Source: Camelus dromedarius (lineage: Eukaryota). Taken from it: a stretch of 64,000 bases of DNA. Shown piece by piece: positions 24,843 through 38,584 of this stretch. Positions within the stretch are counted from its first letter, which is position 1; every line of letters starts with the position of its first letter. The stretch lies in assembly GCF_036321535.1 (NCBI RefSeq), contig NC_087436.1, positions 9,300,001 to 9,364,000 on the forward strand, read 5' to 3'. The position numbers and the translations under genes were made by a program. A model generated the notes under the pieces. It was given only the letters and a program-made list of their open reading frames with translations. It searched no databases and was not told the DNA's origin.

Positions 24843-27804
24843 ATGGATAAGGAAGGAAATATTCAAGAGAAAAAAATAACGTATATCACCAGATTCAGGA
24901 AGCGTCACAAATCCCAAACATGATAAAGCACCTAAACGCATTGAAATTAAACTGCCGAACATCCAAAATAAAGAAAAAATTCAAAATAAAATTTTCAGGG
25001 AAGCATACAAATAATTGCAGTTACACAGAGTAGAAGACTTTGAAAGAGGAAAAAATGAGTTAGAGTTGAAAATGTTCTTCAAAGTTCTGAGCAAATCTGC
25101 CAGACCTGAATTTTGAACTTGGTAAATGGCTGACCAAGGCATGCTTGGATTAACAAAAGTTAAAGAATTCTTCACCGATAGAGTTTCACTGAAATAATTT
25201 CTAAAGAATGCTCTTCTGGAAGAAGAAAATTGAATGTAGGCAAAATGAAACATAATAAAAATGACTATATAAAAATTTTAAACTTGGAATTAAAATACTG
25301 AAGACAATAGTGTTAAATGACCACAGAGTAATCTCATTAAATTGATTTTAAGGTTCATCTGTTATTCAGATAGAAGAAAGAAATAGTGATTAACTTGACT
25401 ATATTGTTGAAGAAATCCTATATATATTAATGATGAAAACTAAGAGAGAGAGAGAATAATGGATATTTTAGATAAAGCATGTAACCAGAAAGCACAAAAG
25501 AAATTATATAGAAATGTTCTAAAATGTCTTATTTTAAAAATCATGGCAATTAAATAAACAAGAGAGAGAAAGAGTATTATGTACTTTAATAAGCACTCAC
25601 TAAAGACAAGAAAGAAAAAGTGGGAAAACAACCAAAAAAGAGCACAAATAGCTTTATTAAACATAGACATGAAGAGAGAGTGAACCTTACTAGTGTTATA
25701 AAACTTTACACGACAATCAATTGTTTTATCAGCTAATATTTGTGTTTCAAATAGATAACATAACAAAGAAAAGGACACGGGGGGGGGGGGGGACTAACAA
25801 ATTAGCTTTCAGAATGGGAGCTATGAATACACCTTTCTCTGTAGTGATTGATCAAATCAATCAAAAGGCAAATGAAAAGTTTAAAAAAAACACACACACA
25901 AATTAAGCAAATTTAATTTCCCAAAAGTCAAAAACAGAAAAATGCATCCTCAAATTTGAGAATACACAGTTACATGTCAATTTAATAGATATGGATCAGG
26001 TACTAAGACTCAAACCATGTTAAAAAATTGATGATTTTCAGACTGTTTAACAACTGAGAGTCAAATTAAAATTTGAACACAAAAAAGTTGACAAATAGTC
26101 AATAGAAAAGCAAAGAGATTCCATAGGGGAAGATGTGGGATTGGGGTGGGATAGGAACAACTAGGTAAAAACACATCAGAAAATCAGAAAGGGGAGGAGA
26201 GGCCATTTCCTTGCTCTAGGATGTGACCAGTAATTACGGAGGGAGAGACACAGTGGGGACTGCCTAGTCTCAAACACCCCTTTCAGCACAAGGTAACTGG
26301 TATCAGAAGAGACTGCTGGATGTGGATGACTCCAAGGAAGGCTTGCTGGAAGCTGGTTTCCCCCTGGAGGGTAGTGAGGAGGGACGGTCTGAGGCAGTGG
26401 GGAGCACTGAAATGCGCATTTCAGAGTGTGAGTTGTCCAAACGCAAATGAGGGAACCTGGCGAAAATAGAAGCTATGTTTTGGGTGCACAGATTGTGAGT
26501 ACTGCGGTCTCATCAGGGTCTCTCTTACAGATGAAGGAAAGAGTCATGGGGTCATATTCCTGCTCCTTATTAACGGGTAAGGAGCTCTGGGTTTTCAGAG
26601 GACTTAGCATATTTTTTTCTCAAGTGCCTGATTGTGCACTAAAACAGTGCGAGAAGCTTCGTATATCCCCCAAGTACATAATCAAATTCAGAATCTATTT
26701 TACATTTCCTTTGACCACCATTTAGCTGTCTTTAGTCTTATGCCTTCTTGTTATGTTTTAAGACTATACTTTCACTGTCTCTGATTTTCATGCACATGTA
26801 AAAGAAGGAAGCACGTGGGATGCATTGTTAAATTAACGTTCCCTGCTACCCTGACAAGCACAAGCTAACACTGAAAGCAATTTTTCCAGCAGACCAGATC
26901 TATCACAAGACCTTATATTTGTTTGAAATAAGATAGATAAGTAAATAATCAGAGGTTCAAATAAAACAGCACTATTTTACAGCAAAGAATATTATATATC
27001 ATAACCCAACTCTCCAAATTTTCTGTCCTATTGCATCCCCCAAAAAACAAAAAGCCAAAACCTTACTCCACGTGTAACGTATATAGCACATATGTCTAAT
27101 TTCAAAATTCCTATGAAGTATTTAAACCTAAATATATAGCACAGCACGTCAGTTGTACATATGCAGATATAGTATACACAATATTTAAGGCTCAAACTTA
27201 CAGCCTGGCCCTTGAAAAACAACTTATTTTATATTTTCTTTAGAATAGATATTGGCTTAAATAAGCTATTTTCAATATATAGCAATGATAAATTTGATTA
27301 TAAATTTTAACTCCCCTGCATTAAAGTACAAAATAATATATTTATAAGGTAAAATAATTTCTGAAATTAACTTACTTGAGAATTTAAAACTTGATTTTAA
27401 TTGCCCAATTTATAATCATGCCCATGAATCTTGGCTTCTTGGAAGGTGGTTAAGTTTGAATGCACAGCCCAAAATCTGTGTTTCATAAAGTGATTTACAG
27501 TTTTAAAATATTATAAATAAAGGCTTTAGGATGGATAAATGTTGCTCACTTATATTAACAGTTTTGCAAATAATTGCTTAAAAGAATATATTTTTAAAAA
27601 TAGTATGAGATTTGAGATTTGTGGGCAAGGGTCCAAATTAAAAAAATAACTTTCTCACAATTTAAATTTTTAATTTAAAATTAGTAAAACATCTGGACAA
27701 GTTTAAAGATGAATAAATAGCAAATAAATAAATAGTGACTTTTTGGAGAGACAACATTGCCTTCAAAAGTTAAAGAATTAGGATTTCACGTATTCTGACA
27801 ATTC

Positions 27805-27935
27805 CTGTATCAATATCCTCATCTGTGAAATGTCGATAATAATAGTATCCACTTCATGCAGTTCTTCTATGGATTAAAAGAGTTAATGTCTGAGAAAAGT
27901 ACTGCGTGTTCTCTAGCGGAGAGTAAATGCTGAAG
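27805..27935 (+). mobile_element. MIR SINE
   Basis: tcctcatctgtgaaatgtcgataataatagtatccacttcat...ggattaaaagagttaat is the MIR core. Confidence 0.8.
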
Positions 27936-28097
27936 GTAATGCCTGATGTAATGCACAAGGCAAGCTGTGTAGGTAAATGATTATATCTTTAAAATAAAGC
28001 CTTCTGCTACAAAAGGGCACAGAAAAGGAGTCTGAACAGTTTGCGTTTTGGTTTCGGTGGTAAACCCATGAATCTTGAGTAATAAGATTGCATAGAA

Positions 28098-28098
<1 letters not shown>

Positions 28099-28134
<36 letters not shown>
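28099..28134 (+). repeat. (CA)18 microsatellite
   Basis: Perfect CA run. Confidence 0.97.
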
Positions 28135-28136
<2 letters not shown>

Positions 28137-29779
28137 AGTCAGTGCCTCTAAAAACTGATGAATTCTGAATAAGGTCTACAGACTGTACCAACATCAGTTT
28201 TTCAGTTTTGATGCTGCTCTCTGGTTCTGGAAGTTGCTGCCCCTTCGGGGAGCTGGGGGAAGCACACATGTAAAGAGAAGAAAGAAAGAGATACTGGGGT
28301 ATGTCCTTGGGATTGATGCAACAGCTGTGGGACATAAATAGTCCCGTTGTAGGACTGTGTCCTTGGAACCAAGGAGCCAGCTGCGGGATAAGAGAAATGT
28401 CCTGCTTTTCATCAACCTGGCACTGTCTTCCCCTCCTTGGAAGCCAGTCAAGGGGCAAGTAAAACTGTCTAATCACCTCTCTCAGCCCCACTGCATTTTG
28501 GGTCCATTTTACCGACAAGGACGATATTGAAAGATCACGGATGTCTTAGTTGCAGCCCCTTTGATGATTTCAAATATCTTAAATGAGATTTAGATTTAAA
28601 TAATAAACATTTGATAGCTTTTTTTAAAAAAATGATAATAATAAAGTTAAGCCTCCTATAAATGTAGCTGTCTCTGGGCTTTTTCCTCATCTGACTTCTT
28701 CCGTTTTGAAACAGACAGACCTCAGGGACCCTCGATCTTCTGTTCCTCCCTTTTGTACCTGACAGCCAAGGTTAGTTGGGGGGATAACACATATTTAAAA
28801 TATTTTACTGTTAATTACCAGATACATAAAGCCAGGTCACATCTTCTCTAATTCTGAGACATACATGCAAACCAACACTTTCAGTGAACACATCTTCAGG
28901 TATCAATATTAAAAAAAAAACAACTGTGAAACAATGCAAGAATGAATAACTCCCACTCAACCCTTTTTTTTTTTTTTTTTTGGTTCTTTTTGCCTAGCGG
29001 CAAAGATTGTCAATTCCACTCCAGAAATACTCTCTTCAAATACATAAACTTTACGCCAGCATACAGAATTCAATGAAATGTCAGAAAGCATGCAAATGGG
29101 TGTACGGTTACTTAACTCACTTACAACATTCTGTTCACTGTGAAATATACACATTGAGCATCATCTAAGAGATACTTAATTCCAGAAGCACCAAAAAACC
29201 TTGTGTTTATGCAAGTCCAAGGAAATCTTATTAACAGGCTGAAACGTATGTAGTTTGTGTCTAAGTGCACATCTAGTAAATGGGTAAGGCACACAGGACA
29301 TACTGACCCGCATTTAAAAACTATTCATTTTTGTCTTATTTCCTTACAATGGGTCTAAATTATTTAAAAACTTTATTAAATTGTATAAATGATTTGCTTC
29401 TTTTATAACATTTAATATTTTCTTTCAGATTGACCCTGTATAATCACTTATTTGATCACATTAATTTGAACCTGTTTATAGAAACACTTTGTCAACTACC
29501 TTACATTGTAGAAGATATGACAGAAAAAGCTGTTTGTATTTTTGTAACTGTATCTGTATAAAATCACTGATTGGATTTTTTGGAAAATTGGCCTTTATAG
29601 CAATGCCATTTGAGAAAAAATAAGCTCTGGGTCGAAGCTCTTTAAAAGTACAGCCATTAAATTAAATGAAAAATAAATAAAAATACTACTAGTATATACT
29701 GTGTACGTTTCTGCTTGTCAATGAGTATATAAAATTATTGTCAGCATTTTGATCAATGTACCTTTCCTCTTAAATATAC

Positions 29780-30990
29780 TAAGCTTAATTTGACCAGTCT
29801 CCTACTGAAAAGCATTTAAGTCGTTCCAACTTTTCACTAGTATAAACCACTCCGATGCATTTTTATACTCACACCTTTACACACTTGCCCATTTAAGCTG
29901 CAGATAAATGGCGGAAGTGAATTTGCCAGAACAAAGGCCGTGAACTTTGAAGGCTTGTGATGTTAAATGGGACTAAATAAAGTTGATGCTTCTGCACTGC
30001 AACTTATGACAGTGCTCCACATCATTTGTAACAGAAATGCTGCAGGTAGAAATTACATCTCATATGTTTCTTTGATTTGCTTTTGTTTGCTTACCAGTGT
30101 GGTCAAATATTTCACATTTGCTTATTTGCCTTTTACATGCTTTCTTTTTGAATTAATCTCTGCCATTTCTATGCCATTTTTCTTTTATCATGCATAAACT
30201 TTTCATGTTGATTTATAAAATCTCCTTATTTGTTTAAGATGTTAAACTGATCTTTCACCTGTGGGACTGGCTGTGATGCACTTGATTGCTTTAGTTAGTT
30301 TTTCTTATTTTACCTTCAATTTCCCTTCTTGCATTTTGATGATAGTAGCTTTTTGCTGTCAAACCTACCACTTACACTCTTTGTGTCTTTTTATTTTTGG
30401 TGTTTTGCTAAGGAGCGATCTTATGGCCTCGTAACAGTAACAAAAATACATCAAAATTCTTTCTGATGATTATGGGGTATAATTTCCATTTTATAAATAT
30501 TCTTTCACTTTGATTCATATTGAACTCATTTTGGTGAAATCGAGAAGAAAGGGTGCAACTGTTTTAGATCCAAGTCTCTAACACTTGCCCCAGTTTCTCT
30601 TTTGAATATTTAAGTTTTTCTTCTATTGATGCCAGACTTGTGGTTTGTAGATTCTCCTTTTTGTTGCTTTGATCTCAGTTTTTATTCAAGGGACAATTGC
30701 CACACTTGCCTAATGCTGTAGGGGTATTTTTTTATTAATTAATTTTTATTTATTTAAAAAAATTGAGTTTGTATTAACAAAAAATTGTTAATACATAATT
30801 AGGTTTATGTATTTTATTTTATTTTTAATGGAGGTGCTGGGGAATGAACCCATGACCTTGTGCATGCTAAGCATACATTCTACCACCGAGCTACACCCTC
30901 CCTCCTGAAGGGTATGTTTTAATATCTGTTAGGGCTCTCTCATTTCTCTGCTCAAACACAAAAAGCTGGTCTAGTACCATGTATTTATTT
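29780..30990 (-). mobile_element. Ancient L1M ORF2 3' remnant
   Basis: Decayed antisense L1 motifs (ttccaacttttcactagtataaac, gatttgcttttg..accagtgtggtcaaatatttcacattt). Confidence 0.5.
30728..30904 (-). mobile_element. tRNA-Ala-derived SINE (camelid Vic-1 type)
   Basis: Antisense ggagggtgtagctcggtggtagaatgtatgcttagcatgcacaaggtcatgggttcattccccagcacctcc plus the aaacctaatta tail. Degenerate TSD ctgtaggggtat/ctgaagggtat. Confidence 0.9.
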
Positions 30991-31541
30991 TTCCAACACA
31001 TGTTGTCAGAAAGAGCCTCTTTTTGGGTTACACAGCTTCTGAAAATGTAGAATTACAAGAGATTATTTTTTGCCAGAATGTTTTTTTTTTTTCACTCTTC
31101 TGGGACTCAATAGCATAATAGTATAATTTCCAAATTAATTTCTCATTCAAACACATGTCTGTTTAATATAAAGTGAACTATTTGGGAGATAAAAAAGTAA
31201 TCATAAAGTTTACATAAAAATAAGTGAATATGAGTATTTATTGTATACTTTACAAAAATGGGTTGAGCTTAGTGCAGGATTAAAAAAAAATAATTGTTGA
31301 GAAACAACATTTAGAAAAATGGTCTGAACTCCAACCACATAGGACATTAAATTATCTCAAGTAACTCAGAATCTAATTATATAAACCTCAGTGGTAAACT
31401 TAGCCAGGTCTATGGAATTCATGTGTATCATTTTCACCCAGTTTCAGATATGTCACTTTGAAACAATATTACATCCATTGAAGCATATATTCCCTCTAAG
31501 GATAAATTAAAACTTAGAGAGCAAAAATTACTACGTGAGAT

Positions 31542-31640
31542 AAATTTTCATATGAGGGGTCGGAGGTCTAGAGAAGTTAAGTGACTCTCCCCAGAGCACA
31601 ATGATACTCAAGTGCTCAGCAGGGAGTGGGGACCAGTTCC
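31542..31640 (-). mobile_element. MIR fragment
   Basis: attttcatatgagg...gagaagttaagtgactctccccagagcaca. Confidence 0.6.
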
Positions 31641-33789
31641 CTTAATCCAGGTGGTTTTTGTTACACTTCCCAGGTCTTTTCCACTCAATCTTTTATATTA
31701 CTTTTTTCCACGAGTTTTACGACAGCCATGCTGAGGATAAGTACTTTTTTTTTCTCACCAAGATAATTCCAGTACAGCTGGGCGAAGAGGACAGAATCAT
31801 GTGTGATTTGATGCCTCCGGGACTCTGCTAGCACTATTATATCTGCTTGCTAGATAGAAAAACACTTCCCTGTGACAAATAGAACCTTGTGGAGCCAGAA
31901 GTACAATTCTAAAGAAGGCTGATGAATTCTTTTGAGCAGTATGCTAAGAAGACATCCCACTGCATTCTTACATCAACGCCTTGAATTCTTTTAAACTTTA
32001 TTCCTAGTCTGTTTAAAATGATCAATTTTTATCAATTATAATCTCAACAATAGGGAAATAATTAAATGATACCTATTATATATTTTTTGAGACCATTGCT
32101 CAGATTTAAAAATTATGTTTTGCAAAAGACATTTAATGGTATAGGGACATATTTTTGATAAAAACCTTAAATGAAATAAAGTTATATAACATGATTTTAT
32201 TTTTCAGAAGTGTATATATGTATATATATATTTATGTATATACGTATGCTTTTGTACATATTTACGAATACAACCAGAAACATATAGATGATTGTTAACC
32301 TTGGTAATGGTTAGATATTTTCTTGTTGAGTCTCTTTTTTGTATTTTCTGAGGTCTATAATTGACATAGAGTTTCCAATCATATGAAAAACAATGTTGAA
32401 AAAAATGTTTCCTCAGTTGTTTCACAGCAAAGCTGAAATAATACCTTGAGAATGCTTAATTTTGAATACAATTTAATGTTTATAAAAGTTTTCATGTATG
32501 CTATACATACTAAAACTGAAAAAAGATTAATCATTTTACAAATGGCACTGTCATTACTCTAGGTAAGTCAGCTAAATCTTAGTAAATGAATTAAAAATAG
32601 TCAGAAAAATAAATTTAGTCTATAGATGGAAAACTAGATCTGACTTAAGAGACATGGTGTAGCAGTACAGAGTTCAAATACTAGAAAAGTAAATTGTTTT
32701 CCTCTCATTTCATATAAAATTTTGCATGGTTCTTTTATTTTAATTGCCTGAAATGGTAGAAATCAGGTTTTAGAAAAAGCAGTCAGTGAATGCAAAAGCT
32801 AGATACTGCTTAAGAATAATAATCATAATCAGTAGACCTTAAATCAATGAAAAGATTAGTAAGTAAATAGGAAGTAAATCAGAAAACCCAGTATTCACAC
32901 AAACTTTAGGGGAGTTGGATTTTTATCTACATATTTCAATGTAGTCCAGAAAGTAATTCTCCTAAGGAAATTGATTACTTCCTTGTTGCATCAATTTCAT
33001 GTGATTTGGGGGATAATTAAGCAAGTCAATGAATATAAATTGCTTATCAGAATACCCAGCACATAAGTTTTCAGCTCAACACATTAGGCTACCCCTAGCA
33101 TTACCATCAATATTATTATCCTGTGTGTGGGTAGTCACTGTACTATTTTTACTGAAGCCGTAATAATCTTGACTGTTTCACTGTTTATGTTATTTGTGGG
33201 GGAAATCAATCATGTAAGATAGATTGTATCAAAATATAGATTATTTATCCCAACAGATTTGGTTCTTAAATATCAACAGTGTCAAATAAATGTACCTGTT
33301 ATTTGAGCATCATCTTTGTGTACTAGTTTTGACAGTTTATAATTGGATTATTCCCCTTTTCAAACCTGAATTGTTGTTCCACTTGGTATTGTATCTAATC
33401 ACCTTGTCTACTGGTATCATACCTTACTTTTGATAATTCGTCTCACTGAGCCTCATCCCTGTATTTCAAGATCTGATTGCAGGCAGCTGGACATTTTTTT
33501 CAGATTTTTCTTCTGTTATAATTTAATTAGTGATTCAATAAGCAATTATTAGATATATTCCATGATCACTCAACATCATGTCTTTTAAGATAAGCATGGG
33601 CAGCTCTGAGTATTGTTTACCAAAGTTTTCTTTCCATATTAAAATTAATATGTTTTAAAGTTTATCTGTTTAAAAGACACAAAAACATGTGTCTGAAATT
33701 AAAGATATAATCAAAGTGAATAAAAAATTTAAGATGCAAGAGTGACTACATTATTATCTACTAGAGGAGATGTCTAAGCAAAGAAAAAA

Positions 33790-35270
33790 AAATTAGATAC
33801 AAAAAGGATTATTATAATGCTAAAAGAAACAATCCATCAGGAAGACATAATCAACTTAAATCTGAATACATCAAACAATGGACCATCAAAATAAATAAAG
33901 AAAAAAAGGATAAAATGTAAAGGAGAAACAAAAAAATCTATAATTATAATTAATAGAAATACTAAGCAGAAAATCAGCAAGGATATAAAATACCTGAAAA
34001 TGCAGTCAATCAATAGGATCTAATGGACGTATATAAAAGATTCTACCCAACATCAGCAGAATACACATAGTTTCAAGTGGCCACAGAACATTTACCAAAT
34101 ATACCAATACCCTGGGTTATAAAACACATCTCAAATTTAAAAGAATTGCTATCATAGAATGAGTTACCTATTATGCAATCAAAGTAGAAATAAAAAAAAA
34201 TAACAAATACAAGAGGAAAATCTCTAAGCACATGGAGATTAAACAGTGTACTTGTAAATAACTCAAGAGTAAAGAAGTCTTAAAGACAAATTTTAAAAAT
34301 CTGTAAAAATGAGTATTAAAATAAATAGTATGCAGCTAAAGCAACATTGAGAGGAATATTTATAGGATTAGTGCTTATATTAGACAAAAGAAAATTGATC
34401 AAATCAAAAATCTAGTTTTCCATCTCATGAAACTAAAAAAAAAAGAGAACAAAATATGGCAAAAGCATTCAGAAGGAAAAAATAAATCAATGAAATTGAA
34501 ATTAAGAAAACAGTAGAGAAAAAGTAGTGCTAAAACAGCTAATTCCTTGAAAAAAGTATCAGTACAAATGATGAGCCTTAAAAATGACAAAAATTTTAAA
34601 AGTGAAGACATAAATAACCTACATCAGAAATGAAATAGGAGATATAACTACAGATCTTGTAGCCATTTAAAAAATGATAATAAGAAATGACTATTCCATT
34701 TCTTGGAAAAAATGGGTCAGCGCTTACATGAAAGCCACAAACTGTGAAAACACAACTAAATTAAGATAGGTAGTCTCAATATCCCTATTATTATCAAATA
34801 AGTTAAACAAATAATTTTAAAACTCCAGAAAAATAAATTGATAGACCCACTGATGAGTTCTACCAAACATGTGAAAAAAAAATGAATAACAATTATGCAC
34901 AATTTCTTCCAGAAAATATAAAAGGAAATAATTTTTATGGACTCATATGAGATCAGTATCATACTGATACTCAAATCAGACAAAGACATTAGAAGAAAAG
35001 AAAGCTGTTGAACAACACAGATAAGATTCTTCAATAAAACACTAGCAAACCAAATCCAGCAACATACAAAAAAGGATTATACACAACTGAGTGAGATTTA
35101 TTTCAGACATGCAAGTTTGTTTTACACTCTAAAATCAAACAATGTAGTAAAAGAAGAAAAACCATATGACTATGTCAATTGACACAGAAAAGCATTTGAT
35201 AAAATTCAATACTCATTCATGATTTTTAAAAAATCCTGCATTACAGCAACCTGATAAATAGCATCTACAA
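33790..35270 (+). mobile_element. Older L1 ORF2 segment (EN to start of RT), decayed
   Basis: caatccatcaggaagacataa, cagcagaatacaca, gacacagaaaagcatttgataaaattcaa. No long ORF remains. Confidence 0.85.
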
Positions 35271-38200
35271 GGAGAATAAAGAGCAAAGGGTATTGAAAAG
35301 GTATTTGAAGAAATAATGAATGGAAACTTTCCAAACCTTAAGAAGGAATCACATATTTAAGCACAGGAAGCACAGAGGGTCCCCAACAAGCAGAACCCAA
35401 ACAGACCTATACCAAGACATATTATAATCAAGATGGCCAAGGTTAAAGACAAAGAAATTATTCTAGAGGAAGCAAGAGAAAAATAAAGAGTTAGTTACAA
35501 GGAAACCCCCCATGAGGCTTTCAGCTGATTTCTGTACACAAACACTGCAGGCCAGAAAAGTCAGCAAAAGCAGGAAATAATAAAGATCAGTGAGGAAATA
35601 AATAGAGATTTTTTAAAAATAGAAAAATCAAACCAAGAGCTGGTTTTCTGAAAGAGTAAACAAAATTGACAATCCTCTGGCCAGGCACACCAAGAAGAAA
35701 AGAGAGAGAACACAAATAAACAAAATAAAAAAGGAAAATGGAGAAATCAGAAGCAATACCCCAGACATACAAAGTATCATAAGAGAATATTAAAAACAAC
35801 TATATGGAAACAAACTAGACAACCTAGAAGAAATGGGCAAGTTTCTGAAAACATGTAGTCCACCAAGACTGAATCAAGAGAAATAGACCACTTGAACAGA
35901 CCAATCCCTAGAAAGGATATAGAATTAACAATTAAAAAAAAAAAAAAACAACCTTGCAAACAAAAGTACAGGGCCAGATGGCTTCACTGGGGAATTCTAC
36001 CAAACATACAAAGAAGACTCAAACCAGTCCTTCTCAAACTCTTCCAAAGGATTGAAAAGGAGGGAATACTCCCAAACTCATTCTATAAAGCCACCATCAA
36101 CCCTGATACCAAAACCAGACAAAGACACTACCAAAAAGAAAATTACTGGCCAATATCACTGATGAACATAGATGCAAAAATCCTCAACAAAATATTACCA
36201 AACAGAATCCAACAGCACATAAAAAAGACCATACACCATGGTCACGTTGGATTCATTCCAGGGACACAAAGATGGTTCAACATAAGCAAATCAATCAGTG
36301 TGATACACCACATCCACAAAAGAAAGAACAAAAACCACATGATCATCTTAATAGATGCAGAAAAAGCATTTGATAAAATTCAACACCCATTTATGATAAA
36401 AACTCTCACCAAAGTGGGTATAGAGGAAACATATCTCAACATAATAAAAGCTCTTTATTACAAACCTACAGCCAGCATAGTACTCAGTGTTGAAAAACTA
36501 ACAGCCTTACCACTAAAATCTGGAAGAAGACAAGGATGCCCATTCTCACCACTTCTATTCAACAGTCTTGGAATCTCTAGCCACAGAAATCAGGCAAGAA
36601 AAAGAAGTAAAAGATATTCAAATTGGATGAGAAGAGGTAAGATTGTCCCTATATGTGGATAACATGATACTATATATAGAAAACACTAAAAGCTCCACCA
36701 AAAAAAAAAAAATTACTAGAGCTAATAAAAGAATTCAGCAAGGCAGCAAGATACAAGATTAACATACAAAAATCAGTTGCATTCTTTACACTAACAATGA
36801 TTTAGCAGGAAAAGAAAGTAAAGAAACAATGTCTTTTAAACTTGCATCCAAAACAATAAAATACTTAGGAATAAACCTGACCAAGGAGGTGAAACAATTA
36901 TACATGAAGAACTACAAAACATTGATTAAGGAAATTAAAGATGACTTAAAGAAATGGAAAGATATTCCATGCTCTTGGATTGGAAGAATCAATATTGTTC
37001 AAATGGCCATACTGCCCAAGGCAATCTACAGATTTAATGCAATTCCTATCAAATTACCCAGGATATTTTTTACAGAACAAGAACAAACTATCCTAAAATT
37101 TATATGGAATCACAAAAGACACAGAATTGCCACGGCAATATTGAAGAAAAAGAACAAAGCTGGAGAAATAATTCTCCCAGACTTCAGACAATACTGTAGA
37201 GCTACAGTAATCGAAACAGCATGGTACTGGTACAAAAACAGACTTATAGATCAAAGGAACAGAATAGAAAACACAGAAATAAATCCACAGACTTACGGTC
37301 AATTAAGTGTCAATAAAGAAGGCAAGAATATATGATGGAGAAATGATAAGTCTCTTCAGCAAGTGGCATTGGGAAAACTGGATAGCAGCATGTAAATCAG
37401 TGAACACTCCTTCACTCCATATACAAAAATAAACTCAAAATGGCTTTAAAGATTTAAATATAAGACAAGACATGATAAATATCCTAGAAGAAAATAGGGG
37501 CAAAACATTCTCTGACATAAATCTTAGCTATGTTCCCCTAAGACAATCTACCCATACAATAGAAATAAGAGCAACAATAAACAAACTTATTAGCTTGTGC
37601 AGAGCAAAGGAAGCCATAAGCAGAACAAATCAACAACCTATGGAATGGGAGAAAATATTTGCAAATGATGTGACTGACAAAGGCTTAATTACTAGGATGT
37701 AAAAACAGCTCATACAACTTTAATAACAACAACAAAAACCAAACACCAACCCAAAAATGGGCAGACCTAAACAAGCAATTCTCCAGTGAAGACATACAGA
37801 TAGCCAATAAGCACATGACTGAATGCTCAGTATCACTAATTATCAGAAAAATGCAAATCAAAACTACAATGAGGTATCATCTCATACCAGTCAGAATGGC
37901 CATCATTCAAAAGTCCTTGAATGATAAATGCTAGAGAGAGCGTGGAAAAAGGGAAACTTCCTACACTGCTGGTAGGCATGTAGTTTGGTGCAGTCGTTAT
38001 GGAAAACAGTATGGAGATTTCTCAAAAAACTAAAAACAGACCTACCATATGACCCAGCAATTCCACTTCTGGGTATATGTCTGGAGGGAACTCTATTTTG
38101 AAAAGATGCATGCACCCCAATTTTCCATAGCAGCATTGTATGCAATAGCCAAGACATGGAAGCAACCTAAATGTCCATCAGCAGATGAGTAAAGAAAGAA

Positions 38201-38559
38201 CCTGTGGTATATTTATACAATTGAATACTATTTATCCACAAAAAAGAACACAGTAATGCCATTTGCAGCAATGTGGATGGACCTAGAGATCATCATTCTA
38301 AGTGAAGTAAGCCACAAAGAGAAAGAAACATACTATATGATATCACTTATATGTGGAATATTTTTTTAAAAAAGAGGCATTATCAACTCATCTACAAAAA
38401 CAGACTCTCAGACATAGTAAACAATCTGGTTACCAGGGAAAGGGAGTGGGAAGGGATAAATTTGGGGATTTGAGATTTACAAATGTTAGTCATTATATAG
38501 AAAAATATATTTTTAAAACGTTTCTTCTGTATAGCACAGAAAACTGTGTTCAATATCTT
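35271..38559 (+). mobile_element. Younger L1: ORF1 piece fused to post-EN ORF2 and 3' UTR; inactive
   Basis: 35271-35560 encodes ORF1-like sequence (EAQRVPNKQNPNRPIPRHIIIKMAKVKDKE..RLSADFCTQTLQAR). ORF2 RT motifs lie in 35892-36662 ([43 protein letters not shown]) and 36829-37335 ([26 protein letters not shown]). The catalytic motif reads YVDN at about 36652. Frameshifts and stops present. Confidence 0.96.
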
Positions 38560-38584
38560 AAGAAGGGGTGTGGGAGGGCAATGC

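Larger units (their letters stand above)
23700..26090 (+). mobile_element. Ancient L1M 5' UTR/ORF1/start of ORF2, very decayed
   Basis: A-rich sense strand with ORF1-like motifs (aattcagaggaa, gaaatattcaagag, aaatgttcttcaaagttctga) and EN-like aatacacctttctctgtagtgattgat. Confidence 0.5.

Noticed and set aside
25779..25792. G14 homopolymer as a functional element
   Set aside because: It is a simple run inside decayed L1 sequence, its length is unreliable, and there is no supporting context.
27913..28518. 201-aa minus-strand ORF
   Set aside because: It runs through a (TG)n microsatellite (CVCVCV) into a MIR, has a non-ATG start and shows no recognisable domain.
35892..37335. Active reverse transcriptase or a retron/DGR-like system
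   Set aside because: This is ordinary L1 ORF2 broken by frameshifts and stops, with the catalytic motif degraded to YVDN and the EN domain deleted.
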